Assembly (NCBI GenBank): GCA_965240325.2
Contig: OZ251226.1
Span: 682,001-746,000 of the forward strand
Reading direction: 5' to 3'
Source: Rebecca billardiae RCC1528
Lineage: Eukaryota > Protista > Haptophyta
DNA length: 64,000 bases
Made by a program: the position numbers and the translations under genes. The notes under the pieces are model-generated. The model made no database searches and was not told the DNA's origin. It saw only the letters and a list, made by a program, of their open reading frames with translations. Shown piece after piece: positions 53,957 through 64,000 of this stretch (positions within the stretch are counted from its first letter, which is position 1; each line of letters starts with the position of its first letter).

Positions 53957-54144
53957 ATGTCGACGCTCGGCGGGCAGCCCGTGACGCACCGCTGGGGTGC
54001 GCGCGAGGGCGTGGCGCGCGTGGGTGCGACCGGCGGCGACGAGCGCGAGGCGCTGCACTGGCCGACCAGCCTCCGCGCGGACGCGCAGCCGGCGCCGCGC
54101 GCCCTGAGCGTCTCGCGCACCGCGGCGTTTTCCGCGACGCACTC

Positions 54145-54177
<33 letters not shown>

Positions 54178-57100
54178 GCAGCGCCGATCGGCCGCGACGG
54201 TGACGGCGCACGCGGCGGGCGCGGGTGCGGCTGGGCGCGGCTCGATGGAGCGGTACGTCGCCGAGCTCGAGGCGCAGCTCGAGCGCCAGCTCGGCGCGCA
54301 GCAGGAGCTGCAGCGCGTGAACGTGCAGCTGGTGGGCAAGCTGGAGGACTTCCGCGCGCAGAATGCCGAGAACGTGAGCGCGGCGGAGTCGGAGCTGCTC
54401 GGGCTGCACGCGGAGCTCGAGGGGCTGCGCATCGAGCGGCGCGAGCTCAGCGAGACCGTGGGCGTGCTGCAGGCCTCGCTCGCCGGCGCGCGCGCGCACG
54501 CCGCCGCCGCCGCCGCCGCGCCGCCGCCGCCGCGCTCGCCCTCGCCGCCACAGGCGCAGGTGGTCGTGATCGACGACGGCGCGGCGCGCGCGCTGCGCGA
54601 CGAGGTGGCGTTCCTGCGGGCGAAGGCGGACGAGTACGCCGCCGAGGTGCGCCGGATCACGCTCGAGCGCCAGCGCGACGCGCGCGCCGCGCGGCTCGGC
54701 GCGCGCGCGCTGCAGCGGCGGCTGCTGCGCTCGCTGCGCCGCGCGTGCGCTGGGAGCGCGCTCGAGCGGCTCAGCCTACAGAGCGCGCGCGCGTTCGGCG
54801 AGCGCGCGCTGCTGCGCCGCACGTGCCGCGCGTGGCGCGTGCTCCACGTCGCCGCGCTGCTCGGCGCGGGCGTCGCGGCCGCGCGCGCGCGCGCCCTCGC
54901 CGCCGCCGCCCTGCTCGAATGGCGCGAGGCCGCGACCGAGGCGGCCGCGGCGCGCGCGCGCGCGCGCGCGGCCGCCGCGGACGCGGCCGCGCGGCGCAGC
55001 GCGCTCCGCCGGCTGCGCCTCGCCGCGCGCGCGCGGGGGCAGCGGCGCGCGTGGCGCGAGGCGCGCGCGGAGGTGCTCGAGCTCAGGCGCGCGAACGCCG
55101 CGCTCGACGCGCAGCTGCGCGCGCGCGCCGCGGCCTCGGATGCCGACGCCACCGCCGCGCTCGGCGCCGCGGCCGCCGACGCGGACGCGGCGCGCGCCGC
55201 GGCCGCCGCCGCCGAGTCGGCGCTGCGGCAGGCGCGCGCGCGCGCGGACGCCGAGGCGACGCGCGCGTCCGACGCGCGCGCGGAGCTCGAGCGCGTCCGC
55301 GCCGACGCGCGCGCCGACGCGCACGCCCGCGCCGCCGAGCTACGCACCCTGGCCAGCTCGACCGCCGCCGACGCGGACGCGCGCGCGGCGGACGCGCGCA
55401 CGCGCGCCGCGCGCGCGCTCGCCGGCGCGACGACGCGCGCGGAGCGCCGCGCGGTGCTCGCGCGGTGCGTGCACGCGTGGGCGCGCACGGTCACCGACGG
55501 CGCGCGCGACGCCGCCGCCGCCGCCGTCGCTCACCTCGAGCAGCTCACACGCGCCGCTCGCGAGTCGCGCGCCGCCGCGGCCGCGGCCGCGCGCGATCGC
55601 GACGGCTTGCGCGCGCGCGCGCAGGAGCTGGCGAGCGAGCTGGCGCGCGCGCGCGCGGCGGCGGAGGCGAGGGAGGCGGCGGCGGCGGAGCGCGGCGCCG
55701 CGCTGCTGCGCGAGGCGGGCGGCGAGGCCTCCGCCGCCGTCGCCGCCGCGTCCGCCGACGCCGCAGCCGCGCGCGCCGACGCGGACGCGGCGCGCGCCGC
55801 GCTCGGCGCCGCGCGCTCGGAACTAGCGGCTGCGCGCGACGCGGTGGCGGCCGCGCGCGCGGAGGGCGCGCGCGCGAGCGAGGCGCTGCGCGCGCAGCTG
55901 CGCGAGGCGCACGCCGAGGCGCAGCACGCGCGCGGCGCCGCCGAGGACGCGCTGCGCGCCGCGCGCGACGCCGACGGCGGCGCGGCCGCGCGCGAGCGCG
56001 CCGCGGCCGCGCGGCTAGCGAAGGCAGAGGCGGCGCGGCGCGATGCGGCGGCGGCTGCGGCGCAGCTGACGCAGCTGGTGGCGCTGAGGGAGGCGGAGGC
56101 GGAGGGGGAGCGGCACGCGGCGCAGCGCGCGGCGCGCGCGGCGCGCGAGGCAGAGCACCGCGCCGCCACCGCCGAGCGAGAGTACCGCGCCGCGCTCGAC
56201 TCGCGCGACGGCCGCATCGATGCGCTAGAGGTGCGCTTGGCAGCGCTGCGCACGCAGCTCGCGCGCGGTGGCGGCGGCGGCGGCGGCGGCGGCGGACGCG
56301 CGGCGGACGCGCGCGCGGCGGACGCGCGGCGCGGCGGTGCGCGCGCGGAGGCGCGCGCGGAGGTGCGGCGCGGCGGGCGCTCCTCCAGCGCGGGCGGCGC
56401 CTCCGCCGCCGCCGCCTCCGCCTCGCGCGCCTTCGCCTTTGAGCGCCGCACCGCCGCCGCGTCGGTCGTGCGATCGGCGCGCGGCGCGCGCTCAGCGCGC
56501 TGGTCGCTCGGCGGCGGCGGCGGCGGCGGCGCGCTCGGCTGGGCGCAGGCGGAGGGCAGCGGGCGGCGGCACGCCTCGCGCTCGCGCTCGCTCTCGCCCG
56601 CGCTCGCGAGCGAGCGCTCGCGCCGCGAGTCCGCCGTTTTCGAACAGCGCTCGCTGCTGGCGGCGGCGGCGACGGAAGTTAGCCAGGCGGCGGCGGGCGA
56701 GGCGGCAGCGCTGGGCGCGGAGCTCGCGGCCGCGCGCCGCCGGCGGGAGCAGCTGCTGCGCGCGCGCGGCGTGGCGGCGTTTGCGTACCGCTCGCTCGAG
56801 GCGAGCGAGGCCGCGGCGGAGGGGGGCGCGGCGCCAGGGCCGTCGGCGCGCGGCGCTCGGCTCGGACGCTCCCCTGCGCTGACCTCCGACCCGAGCGCTG
56901 AGGCGGCGGCGCGCGCGGCGCTCGACGCGGCGGCGCGCGTGGTGAGTTGCTGTGGCAGCGGGCGCCGACGCCGCGCGCGCGCGCGCGCCGCGCTGGCCGC
57001 GCTGTGCCCGCGCCGCCCGCAGTACGCGCGTAGCGTGCGCGGCAGGCATGGCTCACCGCGCGTCTCCGCGCGCCACGACCCACGCCTCCCGTACCCGCTC

Positions 57101-57830
57101 GCGCCGCGCCACCGCCACCGCTGGCACCGCGCCGCGCGTGCGCCGCGCCCCGCCACCGCCGCCCGCGTGCGCCGCGTGCGCCGCGTGCGCCGCGCGTGCA
57201 CAGGCGGACGAGGCGTTCGCCGAGCACCGGCAGTCGATCGAGCGGCTCTCGGCGCGCGGCCGCCTCAGCCTGGGGGGCGCGCCCTCGGTCTCAGAGGCCG
57301 GCAGCGACGCGCGGCCGCGTCGCTTCTCCGACGGTCAGCTCGGTCTCGAGGCTTCGGCCGTGGGGCGCGCGCGCGCGGGGCGGCGGTCAGACCGATCTGA
57401 GGCGCCGTCCGCGCGGCGCGCGGGCGGCTGGAGCGCCGAGCAGCTGGCTGGGCGTCGCAGCAGCGCGGCGAGCCTGGGCGGCGCGCGCGCGGCCGCGTCG
57501 CGCTGGCTCGGCCTCGCGCGCTCCGCTCCGCACGACGACGCTGCCGTCGACGCCGACTCCGAGTCCACCGCCGCGACGGATGAGGTGTGGGCGGCCCGCG
57601 GCGCGCGCTCAGCTTCGGCACCGACGCCCGCGGCGCGCGACTCGCCGCGCACAGAGCTGCAGGGGAGCATCCACAGGCTGCAGGGACAGATTCGCTCCTC
57701 GCTCGCGCAGCAGCCGCACGGCACCGAGCGCGGCGGCGCCAGCGGCAGCCTCGCGTCCGCCACGACGGGGCGCGCGTCGCTCGGTGGCGGCCCGCCGCGC
57801 CCAGCGTCGCTGTCGTCCTCCTCCGGCTGA
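53957..57830 (+). CDS. Large Ala/Arg-rich coiled-coil protein with Sfi1-like Trp repeats; intron 56942-57203
   Basis: Long heptad-like ORF, polyQ (CAG)n near 54145, repeated 'LLRR..RAW / LLEW / RRAW / HAW' motifs. The GTGAGT...CACAG intron joins ADEAFAEHRQSIERL in frame. Confidence 0.7.
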
Positions 57831-58101
57831 CTCGATGAGTGAGGCAGCGCTGACGCGCCGTTCGGCAGCCGGACCTGCGGCTGGGTCGCGCCGCTGGCGC
57901 GTCAGCCTGGCTGCCGTGCCCCTGGCCGAGGGATGCGCCGCGCTCAGACCGCTGTCGGGCAGTGTCGGCTGTCGTACGCAGTGCTGTGCAGGGTGAGTGG
58001 TGGCCTGTGCTGCCTCAGTACTTGTGATGCTGACACTGCATTTCGACAGCGTGCACACCAAAGGAAAGGGCCGTCGTTAGTACATCCGTGCGACAGACGC
58101 T

Positions 58102-58424
58102 TCGCCTGCCGCTCCGAGCCTGAGCTGTGTGCGTCTCTGCTTATTCAGACAGATATTATCATATTATGGCTTAGTTTACAAACTGTGTCTGTTACTCATC
58201 TCTGCTGAGCTGTGTGCGTCTCATAGTCACAATTCTTTAATTCATCATCAATTATAATTCTTAGTAAGATCTCGCCGGCCTGAGCTGTGTGCGCGTCTCT
58301 TATTCTTAGTAAACGCGGGCGTCGATCTCGCCTGACGCCTTAGCAGCCTGCCTGAGCTGTGTGCGTCTCTTAATTTTATATTTAATCCTATTCTTAGTAG
58401 TATATTAAACTGTAGTCTGTACCG
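58102..58424 (+). repeat. Four tandem degenerate copies of a 51-nt repeat
   Basis: TGAGCTGTGTGCG core at ~58121, 58206, 58281, 58353. Consensus ATCTCGCCTGCCTGAGCTGTGTGCGTCTCTTATTCTTAGTAAACTGTACCG. Confidence 0.9.
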
Positions 58425-59271
58425 CCAGTGTAGTACGGTACAGAGTACGGTGCAGTACCAGTCGCCAGTCGGCGGGCGCGGGCGACAGGCTTATCATCCG
58501 TGGGCTGGCGGGGGTAATTTTTGTGTATACTTTTTTTCAAAGTCAGCTCATGCTGCGCTCTCATTCATCGCGTCACACTTTCTTCAAGAAATACGACAGT
58601 AAGCGATTTGATGCCGATGATATGGGCTGACCGTGCTGTGTGCGTCTCTCTACTACTACGCAACAGCAGAAATCTTCTCGCGGACCCCGCGGCGGGCTCC
58701 AAGACGGTACACCGGACACCGGTAAATACCGTACCGGTACGTACCGGTACGTACCGGTATGTACCGCCACGGAATGCCGCGCACCGGTGAGAGTCCGGGA
58801 GGGGTCGTACGACGGTACGTGCGCCCGGACCACAGCAGCCTGCTGGGCCACAGTGGCCAATGGCCTGCCTGCAGGTGGGCCCGTCGGACACGGACGGAGG
58901 CAGGGGCACTGTCACCGCTCGGGTCCGACGATTCGTTCGACTCGGACTGACTGGCCGATTTCGTCCAATAATTGGGCTGCTGTTATTTCTATCAGTATAA
59001 ATAGGCCCAAATTTTCCCGTCGACCACCCCCCCCGGACCCCCCCGCGGTGCCGCGCACCGGTGTACCGGTACACCGGCGCCTGCGGCGCCGGTGCAGTGG
59101 TTTGAGGTTGGGTGAGGGTGGTGGTTGGTTGGGGGCTGGCCAAGCGGAAGGGTAGGGCTGGAGGCTTCGGCCGCCAGTCTGATCACCCGGAGCCCGTTAA
59201 AAAGGGGAATTAAAAAAAACCGGTACAGTTTACTAAGAATAAGAGACGCACACAGCTCAGGCAGGCGAGAT
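58325..59271. mobile_element. Candidate non-autonomous element bounded by inverted copies of the 51-nt repeat, with internal palindromic TACCGGTA arrays
   Basis: Forward copy 58325-58424, intact inverted copy 59221-59271. Internal GTACCGGTAC tandem at ~58731-58765 and palindrome CCGGTGTACCGGTACACCGG at ~59058. Confidence 0.5.
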
Positions 59272-59721
59272 ACGCGTACAGGCTGGTCTCAACAAAAACT
59301 TCCCGAGGCTTTGGATTTTTTTTTTCAGTCCCACTGCGTCTGCGGAAAATTCTCGATGGCGCCATTAAATCGGCCGCATCGAGAGCTCTCCGACGAGGGG
59401 TCGCACGCCTCTGTCCGCCACGCCGTTGTCGAGATTCAAACCCCCACCCCCCTGCAAAAAATGAACGGCGCGCGATCTCGGTCCGTGCGACCCCTAGTGG
59501 TGTTGTTCACACGGTTGCCCGTACCCCAAGCCCCTCTCCTCATCCCCACCCTCGCTGTAGCACTGAAACATTGCGTCGTTGTTCTCGCCCGCAGAAGCCG
59601 CCGAGCGTTGCGGGTCAACGTGGGACCTGGCATGAGTGACAGGTGTCTTCATGTCCCACAGCGCGTCTCTCCCATGCTGTCGAGCTCGGTACTTTGAGCC
59701 CTGACCCCGCCCGGCCCGAAC

Positions 59722-60882
59722 ATGGCGCCGCCGTCGGCGGCGGCGAGCCAGCAGCATACCAGGTGCTTTGATGGGCACATCCTCCCGACGGTCTTCCTCA
59801 TCGGCGTGGCGAAGGCGGGCACGTCGTCACTCAACCATGACCTCGTACGACACGTCCGGGGAGTGCGTGCTGCACATGCGCTTCCCGGGGAGCCGCGCTA
59901 CTTCGGAAAAGAGCAGCACTACTTCAGCAACGACTCTGGAGCGTACGACCAGGGACTCGCACACTACGTGAAGCACTTCGAATCTTGTCCTAGGCGGCGG
60001 CGCCCCTCTGTCTTCTCCATCGACGCCACTCCTCTCATGGATTGGCCTCTGGCGGCGGCGCGCGTCAGCGCAGCCATGTCTCTTTCCGACGCGCACGGCG
60101 CAGTTCGCATCATTGCTATCCTGCGCTCGCCAACTGAGCGCTTGCGCAGCGCATACGACCACTTCATCCGGCCGTTGGGCACTGCACTCGACCCTTGGGC
60201 TCACGCACTGCTCGTGCGCGTACACATTTGCGCGCAGCAGCACCACATCCGGATGGACTCTGGCAAGCTGTGGGGCTCCCCGTGCCACGACATGACGACC
60301 TTGCATCTCATTGGCGGCCTGTACCGACCGCCACTGGAGACGTGGATTGGCGCGTTCAGTGCGTCACAGCTGGCGATCACCACGTTCGATGGCTACCTGA
60401 GCCAGACGAGCCGCGTGATCCAGGACCTGGCACACTTCCTCGGCCATCCTGTGCAGCACCGTTTGGGACGCGGTAGTAGTGGGCGTGGGAACCAGCACCG
60501 CTTTCTTCGGATGCTCACAACGGCCGAGCGACACCGGCAGCAGCTGCAGCTGGTGGCCGGAGCAGTGAGTGACGTGGATCATGGTGTCGCTGCTCAGGAC
60601 GACGGCGAGCTTCCAGGTGTGCCCGGCCGAGGGCGCGCCCTGCTGACCGCTTCGCACTATAACGTGCAAACAAACAATTTGTCGGCTCTCGACTCCGAGC
60701 TGAGAGATGAGCTCGACACATTCTACCGACCACACGTGCGCGCACTCGAGGAGCTGTTGCACGCTGAAAGGTGTAAGACCATCACAAGCACGCCATTCTC
60801 CCCAGCGAGCTCGCTCACGGTCACTATGCTCATGGCGAAGTCACAGCAGCAACGTCATTTCACGCCGCACCGCCGTGCATGA
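59722..60882 (+). CDS. Sulfotransferase (heparan-sulfate 3-O-ST / NDST-like domain)
   Basis: 5'-PSB motif FLIGVAKAGTSSL, KEQHYFS, IDATP, 3'-PB motif IIAILRSPTERLRSAY, GLY...LETW...F, LDTFYRPH..L. Intronless. Confidence 0.88.
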   Translation: MAPPSAAASQQHTRCFDGHILPTVFLIGVAKAGTSSLNHDLVRHVRGVRAAHALPGEPRYFGKEQHYFSNDSGAYDQGLAHYVKHFESCPRRRRPSVFSIDATPLMDWPLAAARVSAAMSLSDAHGAVRIIAILRSPTERLRSAYDHFIRPLGTALDPWAHALLVRVHICAQQHHIRMDSGKLWGSPCHDMTTLHLIGGLYRPPLETWIGAFSASQLAITTFDGYLSQTSRVIQDLAHFLGHPVQHRLGRGSSGRGNQHRFLRMLTTAERHRQQLQLVAGAVSDVDHGVAAQDDGELPGVPGRGRALLTASHYNVQTNNLSALDSELRDELDTFYRPHVRALEELLHAERCKTITSTPFSPASSLTVTMLMAKSQQQRHFTPHRRA

Positions 60883-62326
60883 GACTGTCTCAGTCTGTCG
60901 TCAGCAGTAAAGTCGCTCTCTCTCTCATCTCTCAGAGTTAGTAGTAGTTAGTTACTAGCTATTGGCAGCTCAGCTAAGTCATCACATCCGAAGATGCTGA
61001 CTTGAACTGAGTGAGTAGCCCGGAGGCTAATATGATTGAACTGAGTACTTACTAACTTAGTGTCAGACTCAGTTATTGAACCGTGACGGGCGTGAGCAGT
61101 CAGTACGAGTGACCGTACCGTAACTAGTTACCAGCACAGACTGTTAATTCTGAATCATAGAATAATATATGTATATTATAATTAAATGCATAAGCTACTC
61201 GTATTCAGTAGTCATGCCGTTTGACTCCGAGCCCGCACTAATAGCAGTAAACTCATTACAGTAAAGCAGTTTACCGAATTACCGAGAGCTGCGGCGGGGG
61301 CAGTGCTGGCGCCGAGCCGGCACTGCTGGCACTCACTGGCACTCTGGCTGGCACTAGCACGGCCGGGCCGAGTAACTATAGTGAGTGCTCCGTTACGTCT
61401 TGGCCCTGAGCCGAAGGGCAACCAAGCGGACCATGCAGCAGACAGAGTCCGCCTCCAATTGATGACTTCAACGAGAAATGGGGCATCAGACCACCTCCCA
61501 ATACTCAATAGGTTCAGACTATTTACTATGTAATTACCCGTCCCTTACTCAGGTTTCAGCACAGTCCGGGAACGATCCGGACACCTGTGGCAGCTGAGTC
61601 TGTTGAAACTCCCCTTTTGAGTCACAGGGCGGTCGCGATCCGAGTTAGCCAGCCTACCCGAAGCGCCTCGTCGAGAGGAGCACGTAGCGCCCAGGAACGT
61701 CGACGAAGGACCAAAATTTAGCGCGAGAAAATTCAATTTTTATGAATTTCTGAGAAGGGTGATAGTCAGATTGGATCTGAGACGGCTCCAGCCTGAGCCG
61801 CACAGCGCGCGGCAGTGCCGGAGTGCGCGCGCGCTGGACGCCGGGCGGCGGCCAGTGCGTCAAGAGGTCATGGCGCAGCTAGAGACGCATGTCGCTGCCG
61901 CACCCACAGCTCAGTCCCACTGGCGCAGCTTTTTCAGTGCATCCTGTCAGGCCTGTAGGCAGCGTGTCTGGCGCTTGTCGAGGCAGGCATCCGACTCCAC
62001 GCCGCCATCCGACGTGAGCCGCTCCGTGCCGCGAGCCGAGCTGATGCTGCATGACTCACCTCAGTCCAACATGCCGCATGTCGGCGGTGCTGCTCGCTAC
62101 GATCACCTCCCTGCTGACTCGGCTGCGACCGAGCCCATCCAGTTGGCTCGGATCACCGCGGCTCGCCCAGGACGACCGACCGCAGGCATGCTGGCAACCG
62201 CACGGGCGGCCCACTCTGAGCTTGCAGGTGAGTCAGCGGGTTTCGACTTTCTTTGACCGGGCTTTGCGCGGAAAAGGGTTCCCTTCGCCGAAGGGGAATT
62301 TAAACGGACTCAGCCATGCACCTGTG

Positions 62327-62556
<230 letters not shown>

Positions 62557-62921
62557 CCCGCGGTGCAGGGCGGAGCGAGCAGCGTGGAGCCCGCACCAGC
62601 GGGCCGGAACCACGTTTCAAAAAGATCTTTGATCAAGAAAAAGGGACGCGGGGGCCGATTTTTAGGGCTGGCGGAGACCGAGTTTCGAATTTTGAGACCC
62701 TCTCTACAGATGCATCACGGAGAAAAAAACCGCGTCCACGACATTCCCCTAATCAATCGTGGACGGCCGGGCGTGAGAGTTCACTTCTGTGTGAAGTAGG
62801 ACGGTTACAAGTCCAATACAAGCGTCAGCTTCTTTGAGGCTATTTTTGCACGTCCTTACGGGATCAGCGAAGTAACCAACCGATATATATTGGCTTCGTC
62901 GGGGTCGTATTCACTACTGGA

Positions 62922-63419
62922 GAACATTTGCACCGCGCTTCGTATTCATATGTATGGTTCACGCAGGCATAAAATCGCTTCGTCGGGGTCGTATCCACTA
63001 TACTGGAGAACATCATTTGCACCGCTTCGTTTTCATACATTATAATGTATATGGTTCATGGACTGCTAGGCGGGGTCGAGCAGAATATCATCGATATTCA
63101 TCAGGCGCACGTGTGCGTATTCATCATCAGCCTTCGGGAATTGGGAGTAGCTATTGGCCTTTTGCCCTCTGAACATTTGCACCGCGCTTCGTATTCATAT
63201 GTATGGTTCACGCAGGCATAAAATCGCTTCGTCGGGGTCGTATCCACTATACTGGAGAACATCATTTGCACCGCTTCGTTTTCATACATTATAATGTATA
63301 TGGTTCATGGACTGCTAGGCGGGGTCGAGCAGAATATCATCGATATTCATCAGGCGCACGTGTGCGTATTCATCATCAGCCTTCGGGAATTGGGAGTAGC
63401 TATTGGCCTTTTGCCCTCT
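62922..63419 (+). repeat. 249-bp tandem duplication, apparently exact
   Basis: Units 62922-63170 and 63171-63419; the ORFs at 62954 and 63203 have identical translations. An older ~84-nt sub-repeat starts at 62893 and 62977. Confidence 0.95.
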
Positions 63420-63465
63420 GGCGAGCCAGGAGCAGGCTCGAGGCCACTTTTGCGCTCACGTGGAC

Positions 63466-63822
63466 ATGATGCCGAGCACGTCAGCTGGCGACGCCGACGA
63501 GGACCGCGCTCGCCGCGTATTGAACGTGCTGCTCGAATCCGGGGCAGTGAAGAAGGTGGCTAAGAGCACGCTCCAGAGCATCGCTGCTGCCATCTCAGTC
63601 GTGAGGCACGAGCAGGACGTGCCCTCTGCGGCCGTGAAGTACAACGTGCCCAAATGGTCGATCTACAACTTCGTTCGCAAGGTCCGCACCGTGCTGGAGG
63701 ACGAGGGCGCAATCGCCAGGGGGAGCGCGACGCGACTGATCACCGACTTCACCACGCGCCCCGCAGGCCAGCTCCCTCCCTCCTCCTCACCCGGCCCAAC
63801 AGCTGGCAGCCGCTTTGCGGCA
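63466..63822 (+). pseudogene. HTH (psq-like) coding fragment, probably a transposase N-terminus
   Basis: STLQSIAAAISVVRHEQDVPSAAVKYNVPKWSIYNFVRKV fits the 'AI..V......AA.KY.VP..TL' HTH pattern. The protein-like sequence ends where the segment shared with copy B begins. Confidence 0.55.
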
Positions 63823-64000
63823 CTCACTCTCGGCCCGCGCCGGCGAGTCTGTCTGCAGCGCTGGACGGGCGGACCTAGGAGGACGAGCTGCGGCGCGGGC
63901 GACGGTGGTGCGCGACGTCCCCAGAGCTGGCCGTGCCTCTGCGACGCGTGCCGAGCCCGACCGAGGTGTGTCACCCCGTGACCCCGTGCAGTGCACGCGC

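Noticed and set aside
59277-59500. TACAGGCTGGTCTC as a Tc1/mariner terminus
   Set aside because: No partner inverted repeat found in the window.

Overview
Very GC-rich eukaryotic nuclear DNA. It has short GT-AG introns (donor usually GTGCGC/GTGCG), a flagellar gene (CFAP91) and a protein with an ASA-F type bipartite plastid-targeting signal. This points to a flagellated alga with a red-lineage complex plastid; a haptophyte (Pavlovales-like) is my inference, not something the sequence proves. About 23 protein genes can be supported, many in tight head-to-head pairs: bioB, M20 amidohydrolase, C2H2 membrane protein, CFAP91, a truncated/chimeric purD, ModF-like ABC ATPase, PX-domain protein, DGAT2, PTS-EIIC-like membrane protein, RPF1, cyclase, IQ protein, glucosidase II alpha, cold-shock protein, metallophosphoesterase, divergent eEF2 paralog, VTA1, a small thylakoid protein, SQT1/AAMP, a coiled-coil protein and a sulfotransferase. 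Between the gene pairs lie non-autonomous transposon pieces. Most notable: (1) two EsV-1-7-type 38-aa C-C-C-H repeat arrays with a near-invariant scaffold and a few hypervariable, shuffled positions, reminiscent of TALE modularity; (2) repeat copies that diverge almost only by short duplicative insertions; (3) three copies of a Helentron/Helitron2-like element with different cargo; (4) a possible PX-LAMTOR1 fusion; (5) an RRM-eEF2 paralog lacking the diphthamide His. Exon boundaries were derived by eye, and family assignments come from recalled motifs, not database searches. Most ORFs in the supplied track are GC-driven shadow ORFs.
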